NCBI GenBank assembly: GCA_964654465.1
Contig: CAZZIO010000065.1
Coordinates: forward strand, 1-64,000
Direction: 5' to 3'
Source of the DNA: an uncultured Dictyoglomota bacterium
GTDB taxonomy: Bacteria; Dictyoglomota; Dictyoglomia; Dictyoglomales; Dictyoglomaceae
DNA length: 64,000 bases
A program made the translations under genes and the position numbers. Positions 45,330 to 53,253 of the stretch are shown here, in pieces; positions within the stretch are counted from its first letter, which is position 1; each line of letters starts with the position of its first letter. A model generated the notes under the pieces. That model saw only the letters and a program-made list of their open reading frames with translations, ran no database searches and was not told the origin of the DNA.

Positions 45330-45701
45330 ATGTCTCACAATTTACCAAAATGTCCTATATGTGGTAAAGAAATGATTATCAGGAAACTTGAATGTCCTGA
45401 TTGTAAGATAACTATTGAGGGAGAATTTTGGGTTAGCAGATTAGCAAGTCTAAGCAAAGAAGAAATGGAATTCTTAGAGCTCTTTCTAAAAACAAGAGGA
45501 AATGTAAGAGAAATGGAAAGAATTCTTAAAATTTCTTACCCTACGGTGAGAAGTAAATTGGATAATATTTTAAAAAATTTAGGACTTTTATCTGAGGAAG
45601 AGCCAAAAGATAAAATAAGATGGATCATTGATAAATTAGAAAAAGGAGAAATTACAGTTCAAGAGGCTTTAAAGGCTTTAGAGGAGGATAAAGATGTTTA
45701 A
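45330..45701 (+). CDS. DUF2089 family protein (Zn ribbon + HTH)
   Basis: CPIC...CPDC, GNVREM...ISYPTVRSKLD; AAGGAGG RBS. Confidence 0.9.
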   Translation: MSHNLPKCPICGKEMIIRKLECPDCKITIEGEFWVSRLASLSKEEMEFLELFLKTRGNVREMERILKISYPTVRSKLDNILKNLGLLSEEEPKDKIRWIIDKLEKGEITVQEALKALEEDKDV

Positions 45702-46224
45702 TAAATATTTTTTGGGGATAGCTTTTCTAATTATTGGTATCTCTCTTATTGCCCAAAATTTTCAAATACCTTTGCTTAAGGATCTATGGAAATTTTGGCC
45801 TCTTATTTTCATATACTTTGGAATAAAGATTATCTACAATTCTAAAAGATATGATCATAAAAGGAGGATAAAAATGAGAGAAGAAAGATATAAAATTTTG
45901 AAATTAGTTCAAGAAGGCAGAATTACAGCAGAAGAAGCAGAAGAACTCTTAAAAAAATTAGAAGAGAATCAAAATAGAGGCAAAAGGTTACTTCTATTAA
46001 AGGTAATAGAAAATGGAAATAATATAGTAAACATAAGTATCCCACTATCCTTAGCAAAATGGGGCCTAAAATTTGCTAATTCATATGCAGAAAAATACGG
46101 AGAAAAAATAGATTTCTCTCCAGAAGAATGGGAAGAACTAATAAGCAATCCAGATTTAAAAGGGAAAATTGTGGATATAAATGTACCAGAAAAAAACACA
46201 CAAGTAACTGTGGAAATAGTTTAG
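45694..46224 (+). CDS. LiaF/DUF5668-like TM domain fused to YvlB/LiaX-type SHOCT-like domain
   Basis: LWKFWPL TM motif; MREERYKILKLVQEGRITAEEA; internal RBS+ATG at 45874. Confidence 0.75.
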   Translation: MFNKYFLGIAFLIIGISLIAQNFQIPLLKDLWKFWPLIFIYFGIKIIYNSKRYDHKRRIKMREERYKILKLVQEGRITAEEAEELLKKLEENQNRGKRLLLLKVIENGNNIVNISIPLSLAKWGLKFANSYAEKYGEKIDFSPEEWEELISNPDLKGKIVDINVPEKNTQVTVEIV

Positions 46225-46227
46225 ATA

Positions 46228-46956
46228 TTAAACATCTATCAATTCATATTTGCCCCAAACTCCTAAATGCTCTCCTATAATAATTATTACTTGATGAACT
46301 TCTGGAAATTTTTTAGCAAATTCTAATCCTATATTTATATCTTCAGGCTTTTGAATAAGATTTCCCACTGCTGTAGCCATAGCATCTGCAAAAATAACAG
46401 AATGTGATATTATAACAACAGCATCAGCTTTGCCAAAACTAAGAGAAGGTCCCACTGTTCCAGAAGATGTACAAATACCCAATACCGAATTTTTAGGAAT
46501 AAGTATCCCTATTTTATTACTCCAGGGAGATTCTCCTGCAAAGATTAACACTTTTCTTTCTTTTTTTGTAGAAATGAAAATATCTCCACCATTTTCAATG
46601 ATTATTTGAGAAGAATAATTTAAAAGATCTTTTCCAACAAACTCGGATATAGCTCCTGCTACAGAAGCCATTGGCCCAACTCCTGCCTTTCCTGTCCAGT
46701 ATGACATCTGTTTAACTATTAAAGGTGCATCCTCTTCCACAGTGTAAGGAGTTAAGGATACCCTAAATAAAGGATCTCTTGATATATAATCTTCTAATTG
46801 TTGTCTATAGAAAGATAAAATTTTTAATGTTTCTTCTTCAAGGTTTTTCTCAGCTAAAACAAATAGGTCACTTTCCCGAATTTTTACAGGAAAACCAACA
46901 AGATCCTCTGTTTTCACTAACCTTCTATATTTTCTTTCTATATATTCTTTTGTCAT
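46228..46956 (-). CDS. UPF0280 (ApbE-like, MA1715-type) protein
   Basis: GVGPMASVAGA, ENGGDI, ICTSSGTVGPSLSFGKADA. Confidence 0.92.
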   Translation of the reverse strand: MTKEYIERKYRRLVKTEDLVGFPVKIRESDLFVLAEKNLEEETLKILSFYRQQLEDYISRDPLFRVSLTPYTVEEDAPLIVKQMSYWTGKAGVGPMASVAGAISEFVGKDLLNYSSQIIIENGGDIFISTKKERKVLIFAGESPWSNKIGILIPKNSVLGICTSSGTVGPSLSFGKADAVVIISHSVIFADAMATAVGNLIQKPEDINIGLEFAKKFPEVHQVIIIIGEHLGVWGKYELIDV

Positions 46957-46971
46957 AAAAATCCATAAAAT

Positions 46972-47000
46972 ATGGGGAGAGAAATATATCCTCTCCCCAT
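46972..47000 (-). terminator. Hairpin between NIL-ferredoxin and UPF0280 genes
   Basis: ATGGGGAGAG/CTCTCCCCAT 10-bp stem, ATTTTAT tail on the minus strand. Confidence 0.6.
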
Positions 47001-47010
47001 TTAAATATAT

Positions 47011-47418
47011 CTAAACAAAGAGTTTCATCTCCATAGCATTATATGGACATAGTTCTACACAAATTCCACAAGCTGTACATTTTTGAGAATCAAACTTGAC
47101 AAAATAACCTTCTCTATAAAGAGCTTTTGTTGGACAATAACTTACACAATATCCACAATGTACACATTTATCCTCTAACCATACTACATCTTGAGAAAGA
47201 GGCTGAATCTCAACACCTAAATCTTTCAAATATTCAATTCCTTTTATAAAATTATCATCTTCTCCCGAAAGCTCTAAAACCATTAATCCCTCTTCGTCTG
47301 GAGTGATCGTAGCCTTAAGTATATTAAAATCCAAATTAAATTTTTTCACCAAATTTACCACTACAGGCTTATCAGCAAGTTCCTTTGGAAAATGTAATAC
47401 TATCCTCTCTGTTCTCAC
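47011..47418 (-). CDS. NIL domain + 2x[4Fe-4S] ferredoxin (MA1822/MJ0099-like)
   Basis: FNILKA; CVHCGYCVSYCP and CTACGICVELCP. Confidence 0.92.
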   Translation of the reverse strand: MRTERIVLHFPKELADKPVVVNLVKKFNLDFNILKATITPDEEGLMVLELSGEDDNFIKGIEYLKDLGVEIQPLSQDVVWLEDKCVHCGYCVSYCPTKALYREGYFVKFDSQKCTACGICVELCPYNAMEMKLFV

Positions 47419-48635
47419 TTCTGCTCCACCTCCCCTAAAATCTCTTTTCCACTAAATTGTTTAAATTTTATACCTGACTCTACTCCAGGAAGTGGGGCAG
47501 AAGGAGAAGTTAAAAAGAATTTTCCTTCTTTTATCCATGATTTAAGTATTTCAGCTATCTCTTTAGCTTTAGGATAACTTGATAACGGGCTTGTAGGTAT
47601 CTTCTTTCCAAAAAGCTCTATATAACCACTTTTAAGTTCCTTATAACTTACATAAGTGATAACATCAGATTCTCTATTAGGATAAGCTGTAGCATAATCT
47701 ACTACTGGCGCCAGTATATCCTCATCACTAACAGAGGTATAAAAAGCCATCTCTTCATCTAAAATAGGAATTGGTACACCTATGCCTACTGCCAGTGAGA
47801 CCCCATATCCTTTCATGCTTACCCCACGAAGCCATTTTGCGTTCATCTGTTTAAGATCACCAATAACTGCTAATGTACCTGCTCCACCTTTTGGTATACC
47901 CCTTTCTGTCCTCTCTACAGAAGGATTATGTTGAGTTCCATGCCAAATCACATATCCTATACCACCACCCAAAAATATACGAGTTCCGATTCCTATAGTC
48001 TTATAATAAGGATCATTTAAAAGAGGTGATAATTGCCCTGCACTGGAATAATTTGCATTACCAAACTTAGGTTTTAACATACCTAAGTATGTATACAACA
48101 CTCTGTTTGAAGAGTTTACAGCCACATTATAATTTTGATACGCATTTCTTATATTAAAAAGTACAGCTTCATTAAGGTCATTTATTGTAATATAAGCATC
48201 CAAAAATCTTCTTGGGTAACAATCTGTACCATATGCTTGAGCAGTTATTCTAATTTCTTTACCTGAAACTAAATCCTCTATTACGTGTCCTCCACCATAT
48301 GGGAAATCTCCGGGATAATACTTATTTCTTGGATCATCATCAGGCAAGGCATTTGCACCTAAGAATAAGTCTACTGCTGCGTAAGCAGCATAAGCAGGAA
48401 CACCGTTAAGATATACTTTTCCTCCCCCGAGCTTAATTCTTGGTTTTGTATGGCCAATGTTAAAATATATACCAGAAGAACACATAATTCCAAAAGTCCC
48501 AGTTGTTACAACATCTACTTCTTTAGCTGCTCTCTCTACACCCTTTTCTTTCACGATACCAATCATTTCCTCAGCAGTAACAACCACTGCCTTACCCTGG
48601 CGGATCTTCTCATTAATTTCTTCAATTGTCTTCAT
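47415..48635 (-). CDS. DUF39 homocysteine biosynthesis protein (aspartate-semialdehyde sulfurtransferase, MA1821/MJ0100-like) without CBS domains
   Basis: DVVTTGTFGIMCSSG, YGGGHVIEDL, GTDCYPR, RNAYQNY, LSPLLNDP, GTQHNP. Confidence 0.92.
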   Translation of the reverse strand: MKTIEEINEKIRQGKAVVVTAEEMIGIVKEKGVERAAKEVDVVTTGTFGIMCSSGIYFNIGHTKPRIKLGGGKVYLNGVPAYAAYAAVDLFLGANALPDDDPRNKYYPGDFPYGGGHVIEDLVSGKEIRITAQAYGTDCYPRRFLDAYITINDLNEAVLFNIRNAYQNYNVAVNSSNRVLYTYLGMLKPKFGNANYSSAGQLSPLLNDPYYKTIGIGTRIFLGGGIGYVIWHGTQHNPSVERTERGIPKGGAGTLAVIGDLKQMNAKWLRGVSMKGYGVSLAVGIGVPIPILDEEMAFYTSVSDEDILAPVVDYATAYPNRESDVITYVSYKELKSGYIELFGKKIPTSPLSSYPKAKEIAEILKSWIKEGKFFLTSPSAPLPGVESGIKFKQFSGKEILGEVEQK

Positions 48636-48718
48636 CCTTTTACCTCCTTTTTCTCAATATCTATTATAACTTCTCCTATATTAACCGCCCTTTTCGGGCA
48701 AGGCATGATCCATAACAA
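48632..48718 (-). CDS. Putative 28-aa leader peptide (MLWIMPCPKRAVNIGEVIIDIEKKEVKG)
   Basis: AAGGAGGT RBS 7 nt before TTG; TGA overlaps DUF39 ATG (ATGA). Confidence 0.45.
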   Translation of the reverse strand: MLWIMPCPKRAVNIGEVIIDIEKKEVKG

Positions 48719-48758
48719 TTTCACCACCTCCTTAAATAAGGGGTAAAATTTTCCATAT

Positions 48759-48787
48759 ATAATACCAAAAACGTCGGAGTTTTGCAA
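48759..48787 (-). promoter_or_regulatory. sigma70-type promoter for the DUF39 operon
   Basis: TTGCAA, 17 bp, TGnTATTAT on the minus strand. Confidence 0.65.
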
Positions 48788-48802
48788 GATTATAAATTGA
48801 TT

Positions 48803-49765
48803 TTATCTATATTTCTTAGCAGTCTCCATAAAAACCTTTATATTTTCCAAAGGTGTACCTACAGGTATATCACAACCAGAACTTAAAATAAAATTTTTAA
48901 CATCTCTCATTTTATTTAGAAGCTCAATAGTCTTCTTCTCTATATCTTCTTTTTTCCCTTGTAAAAAAACTTTGACAGGATCCAGATTACCTATAATATA
49001 CATATGAGATGGGATTTTTTCAGCAACCCATTTTAAATCTACCAAACTATCAAGACTTAACCCATAAGCATCGCTTTTCCCCATATCTTCTATAAGATGA
49101 GATGTATTACCACAAATATGATATATGAGAGGTCTTTTAAGTTCAGATACAAGATACTTGAAATAGGGTAAAGAAAATTCCCTAAAATAAGCTGGAGAAA
49201 GTATAACTGCAGTTGGTTCCAATACCGCTACCACATCAACTCCTGCATCGAAAAAAGCTTTTGCATACTCTTTGATAACATTCACAGAAAACTCTAGCAA
49301 TTCCTTTACAAAATCAGGATCATCTATTACATTAATACCTAAATCATTTACACCCATAAGTTCACCTGTTAAAGTAAAAGGACCTATAACATAACCTCCT
49401 TTTATTACCTTGAAATTCTGAGCCATTTTTTCAGCCACTCTAATAAATGTTATCATACGTCCAGAAATACCCTTCCATCTTCTTTTTATATCTTGAAGAA
49501 CTTCTCTATCCTTAACCGGATGATCTAAAACAGAAGGATTTTCATTCTCAGGGAAATTAATCTTTAGACCTAAAGCTTCTACTTCTACAGTCAAATCCAT
49601 AAAAGTAAATATACCATCAGGTTGAAACTCTGAAAGAATCATATCCAAAGTTTTAAACTGTATTTCTGGATTTATTAAATTTTCTTTTAAAGTAGTATTA
49701 GTCAATTTTATTCCTGGAGCACCAAGTAAAGGAATTATTAGTCTTTCTCCTCTCTTATCAAGCAT
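48803..49765 (-). CDS. Uroporphyrinogen-decarboxylase-fold methyltransferase (MtaA/MtbA/CmuA-like)
   Basis: DLTVEVEALG, GPFTL, Zn-type motif YHICG...SSGCD, GNLDP. Confidence 0.85.
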   Translation of the reverse strand: MLDKRGERLIIPLLGAPGIKLTNTTLKENLINPEIQFKTLDMILSEFQPDGIFTFMDLTVEVEALGLKINFPENENPSVLDHPVKDREVLQDIKRRWKGISGRMITFIRVAEKMAQNFKVIKGGYVIGPFTLTGELMGVNDLGINVIDDPDFVKELLEFSVNVIKEYAKAFFDAGVDVVAVLEPTAVILSPAYFREFSLPYFKYLVSELKRPLIYHICGNTSHLIEDMGKSDAYGLSLDSLVDLKWVAEKIPSHMYIIGNLDPVKVFLQGKKEDIEKKTIELLNKMRDVKNFILSSGCDIPVGTPLENIKVFMETAKKYR

Positions 49766-51444
49766 TGATCTTCCTCCTCAAAATACATAAACTTTATAAA
49801 ATACTCTTGAAATTTTTTATCAGAAGAAAGCTCTACATAATTGACTTTTTCTTTTATCTTTTCTACATCTTCCATAAGAAATCTATTTAGAAGTACAATC
49901 TTAGCTCCTCCAATAGCCGAATTCCCAACCAATATAATTTTTTCCAAAGGTATATGAGGTAAAAGTCCTGTTTTAATAGCATTTTTTCTATTCAAATAAC
50001 TACCAAAAGAACCAGCAATATAAATTTTATCTATTTCTTTATAGATTATACCTGCTTTATTAAGTAAAACCTCTATACCAGCTCTTAAGGCAGATTTTAC
50101 CAGTTGAAACTCCCTAACATCTTTCTGAGTTATCTTAACTTTACCTATATAAAATTCCCCGCCCTTCATAAATTTCCCAGTATGATCTATTATCTTTAGA
50201 TCCAACATTACTGATATAGCATCTAAAAGGCCAGAACCACATATTCCTTTCTCTTCCATATCTCCAATAACCTCAAACTTAACTGTTTCTTCTAACCATA
50301 CATGAGAAATAGCACCTTTCTTTGCAATCATGCCATGTGAAATATTACTTCCTTCAAAGGCAGGTCCTGCAGCCGTAGCACACGCAAAAAGAGTATCCTC
50401 TGACTTTAACACTATCTCACCATTGGTTCCTATATCAATAAGCATAACATTTCCTTTTTCATTCAATAAATTAGTAGCTATAATTCCTGCTACTACATCT
50501 CCCCCCACATAACCTGAGATTAAAGGAAAGACATAAAGTTTTGCATTAAATATATTTCCAAAAATATCTTTTGAATTAAAAATCATTCCATTTCTAAAAG
50601 CAGGAACAAAAGGAGAAAAAGCTATATTTTCCGGAGTTACACCAAGAAAAATGTGAGTCATAACGGAATTACCAGCTATGGAGATAGCATAAATATCATT
50701 TAAACTTATATTATTCTTTATACACAAATCTTGAATTATCTCTGTAATAGCTTTTATTAACTTATCTCTTAGAATCTGCAAACCCTCAGGATTATGAATA
50801 ATAAAATTAATTCTTGAAATTATATCAGCCCCATAAGTTAACTGAGGATTTTCAGTAGAATAGCTATCTATATCGCTTCCATTTGTAAGATCCAATATAT
50901 GTCCTACTAAAGTTGTTGTCCCTATATCCAAAGCAATACCATATACACTTTTTAGTTCTTCTTCCCTTATATCAATTATTTCTTCCTTAAAAAGTACAAG
51001 ATTCCCTTTATAATTATTTCTTCTTAAAAAAGTTGGTAATCTTCTTAAAACAGAAATATCTTGTAAATATATATTTTCTTTTACAGATAAAATTCTTTCT
51101 AAATCGGATCTCAAATCGCTAAGAGAAGGAATTTGCAGAGAAAAAGCTTGTAATGTAATGACGGGAGAAAGGATAAAATTGTTATCTTCTAAAAATTCCT
51201 TTTGTATGTTTATGTCAGTACTTTCTTCTTTTAACAATTCAACCGTTAAATCCTCTTCCGCATATGTCTGACAAGCAAGGCTTATACCCTTATCTAATAT
51301 TTTTACCTTACACTTTTTACACCATCCAGCCCCACCACAATAAGAAGGAATTTTTATATTATTTTCTATCAATATATCTAATAATCTATCCCCTTGAGTT
51401 ACCTTAATTATTTTGTTTTCAGGTAAAACTCTTATATATGGCAT
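49738..51444 (-). CDS. ASKHA (DUF4445) ATP-dependent corrinoid reductive activator, RACo-like, with N-terminal 2Fe-2S domain
   Basis: CGGAGWCKKC...LACQ, DIGTT, YVGGD, DIGTNGE, AAGPAFEG, GICGSG, AGSFG. Confidence 0.92.
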   Translation of the reverse strand: MPYIRVLPENKIIKVTQGDRLLDILIENNIKIPSYCGGAGWCKKCKVKILDKGISLACQTYAEEDLTVELLKEESTDINIQKEFLEDNNFILSPVITLQAFSLQIPSLSDLRSDLERILSVKENIYLQDISVLRRLPTFLRRNNYKGNLVLFKEEIIDIREEELKSVYGIALDIGTTTLVGHILDLTNGSDIDSYSTENPQLTYGADIISRINFIIHNPEGLQILRDKLIKAITEIIQDLCIKNNISLNDIYAISIAGNSVMTHIFLGVTPENIAFSPFVPAFRNGMIFNSKDIFGNIFNAKLYVFPLISGYVGGDVVAGIIATNLLNEKGNVMLIDIGTNGEIVLKSEDTLFACATAAGPAFEGSNISHGMIAKKGAISHVWLEETVKFEVIGDMEEKGICGSGLLDAISVMLDLKIIDHTGKFMKGGEFYIGKVKITQKDVREFQLVKSALRAGIEVLLNKAGIIYKEIDKIYIAGSFGSYLNRKNAIKTGLLPHIPLEKIILVGNSAIGGAKIVLLNRFLMEDVEKIKEKVNYVELSSDKKFQEYFIKFMYFEEEDQCLIREEKD

Positions 51445-52083
51445 TTATGATACTTTGAGTAATCTATTGACCAACTCCACAGAGGAATAAGCATCCTCTG
51501 CATAACCATCTGCGCCAATCTCCTTCGCAAATTCTTCTGTAACAGGAGCACCTCCAACAATAATCTTAACCTTATCTCTTAATCCTTCCTTTTCAATAAC
51601 ATCTATAGTAACCTTCATTTGAGACATTGTAGTGGTAAGAAGAGCTGACATCCCCACCACATCAGGTTTATTTTCTTTTATTGCTTGCACAAACTTCTCA
51701 GGTGGCACATCTATACCAAGATCAATTATTTGATAACCAGCTCCCTCTAACATCATAGCGACTAAATTTTTCCCAATATCATGCAAATCTCCCTTAACAG
51801 TACCTATTACAATCTTTCCTTTAATAACATTTGAGGATTTTGCAATAAGAGGTTTTAAAATTTCCATACCTTTTTGCATTGCTCTTGCAGAAACAAGAAC
51901 CTCGGGAACAAAGATTTCATTTTTCTTAAATCTTTCTCCTATAACACTCATACCTGAAAGAAGTCCTTTGTCTATTATATCTTCTGGGGTAATCCCTTCT
52001 TTTAATGCCTTCTCCACTAATTCTTGAACCTTTTTTCTATCACCTGAAATTACAGCATTTGCAATTTCTTTTAATATTTCCAT
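51445..52083 (-). CDS. Corrinoid (B12-binding) protein
   Basis: Cap domain FVPEVL; GDLHDIGKN (DxHxxG), SALLTTT, VGGAP. Confidence 0.95.
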   Translation of the reverse strand: MEILKEIANAVISGDRKKVQELVEKALKEGITPEDIIDKGLLSGMSVIGERFKKNEIFVPEVLVSARAMQKGMEILKPLIAKSSNVIKGKIVIGTVKGDLHDIGKNLVAMMLEGAGYQIIDLGIDVPPEKFVQAIKENKPDVVGMSALLTTTMSQMKVTIDVIEKEGLRDKVKIIVGGAPVTEEFAKEIGADGYAEDAYSSVELVNRLLKVS

Positions 52084-52097
52084 ATTATAAACCTCCC

Positions 52098-52124
52098 GAA
52101 AACGTTTTTCTTTTATGAATTATA
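52098..52124 (-). promoter_or_regulatory. Extended -10 promoter and LacI-type operator upstream of the corrinoid gene
   Basis: TGnTATAAT (52119-52124, minus) followed by palindrome AAAACGTTTT (52099-52108) just before the RBS. Confidence 0.65.
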
Positions 52125-52155
52125 TCATATTTACCTCAATTTTTACCCAAATTTT

Positions 52156-53169
52156 CTATTTTCTTGGAGCAGTACTCTCCCTTATCACCAACTTTGTAGG
52201 AAGTTTAATATGTTGAATAGGAAGATCTGGATTTTTTAATCTTTCTATTAAAACTTCCGCTGCTTTAACTCCCATCTCATAGAATGGCTGAGAAACAGTG
52301 GTTAGTTCGGGTATAGTAAGATTGGCAAGAGTGTCATCAAACCCCACTATAGACATATCCTGAGGTATACGAATTCCTCTTTTGACAAGTATCTTCATAA
52401 TCTGAATAGCCATAAAATCACTAAAAGCAAAAACGGCAGTAGGCGGAATAGGAAGAGAAAGTAACTCATTAATTGCTATTTCTTCATTAACCTGATCATA
52501 AAATATCTTCAGGAGATTTTCATCAAAAGGAATTTTAGCATCCTCCAACGCTTTTTTATAACCTTCAATTCTTTCCCTTACAATAATACTTTCTGGATTT
52601 ATAGTAATATGAGCTATTCTTGTATGACCTAACTCAATTAAATACTTAACTGCCTCATAACTTCCCTGAATATTATCAGCATATACCACATCATGTTCGG
52701 AAAATCTTGGATGCTCCAATATAACCAAAGGCATATTTTTCTTACGAGCAAGCCTACTTACTTCTTCATTTGACAGTGCTCCAACGATCACACCATCAAC
52801 CCTTCTTTCCAACATAAGATTCATATATCTTAGTTCTCTCAATGATTTTCCATCTGTATTACAAAGAAGAACGGTATATCCATTATGTCTTGCCACATCC
52901 TCTATTCCCCTTGCCATATTAGGAAAGACAGGATTAGCTATATCTAATACAAAAAATGCAATAGCTTCAGTTTTTTGCTTTGCTAAACTTCTTGCAATTG
53001 CATTTGGTTTATAATCCAGTATTTTCACAGCCTCAAGTACTCTTCTTCTAGTTTCTTCACTTATTTTTATTCCAGGAGTATTATTAAGAACAAAAGAAAC
53101 AGTTGAACGAGAAACTCCAGCAAGTCTTGCTACATCCCAACTCGTAGGCGCTTTCTTTTTCTTTGTCAT
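52156..53169 (-). CDS. LacI family transcriptional regulator
   Basis: DVARLAGVSRSTVS HTH, YKPNAIARSL hinge, SIVGFDD, LTTV, IRES. Confidence 0.95.
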   Translation of the reverse strand: MTKKKKAPTSWDVARLAGVSRSTVSFVLNNTPGIKISEETRRRVLEAVKILDYKPNAIARSLAKQKTEAIAFFVLDIANPVFPNMARGIEDVARHNGYTVLLCNTDGKSLRELRYMNLMLERRVDGVIVGALSNEEVSRLARKKNMPLVILEHPRFSEHDVVYADNIQGSYEAVKYLIELGHTRIAHITINPESIIVRERIEGYKKALEDAKIPFDENLLKIFYDQVNEEIAINELLSLPIPPTAVFAFSDFMAIQIMKILVKRGIRIPQDMSIVGFDDTLANLTIPELTTVSQPFYEMGVKAAEVLIERLKNPDLPIQHIKLPTKLVIRESTAPRK

Positions 53170-53185
53170 TTTTCCACCCCTTTTA

Positions 53186-53199
53186 TTAACACGTTTTTC
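53186..53199. promoter_or_regulatory. Second LacI-type operator (possible autoregulation)
   Basis: TTAACACGTTTTTC shares ACGTTTTTC with the site at 52098-52110. Confidence 0.45.
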
Positions 53200-53253
53200 T
53201 TAGTATATTAGCACAAAATTTATATTCTTTGATATAATAATTCTCAAAACATT

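Noticed and set aside
48636-48760. SAM-I riboswitch or T-box upstream of homocysteine genes
   Set aside because: Core consensus elements not found by eye; an Rfam scan would be needed to exclude them
48803-49765. Annotation as hemE (uroporphyrinogen decarboxylase)
   Set aside because: Lacks the RQAGR motif, has an HxC...C Zn motif and sits beside corrinoid genes
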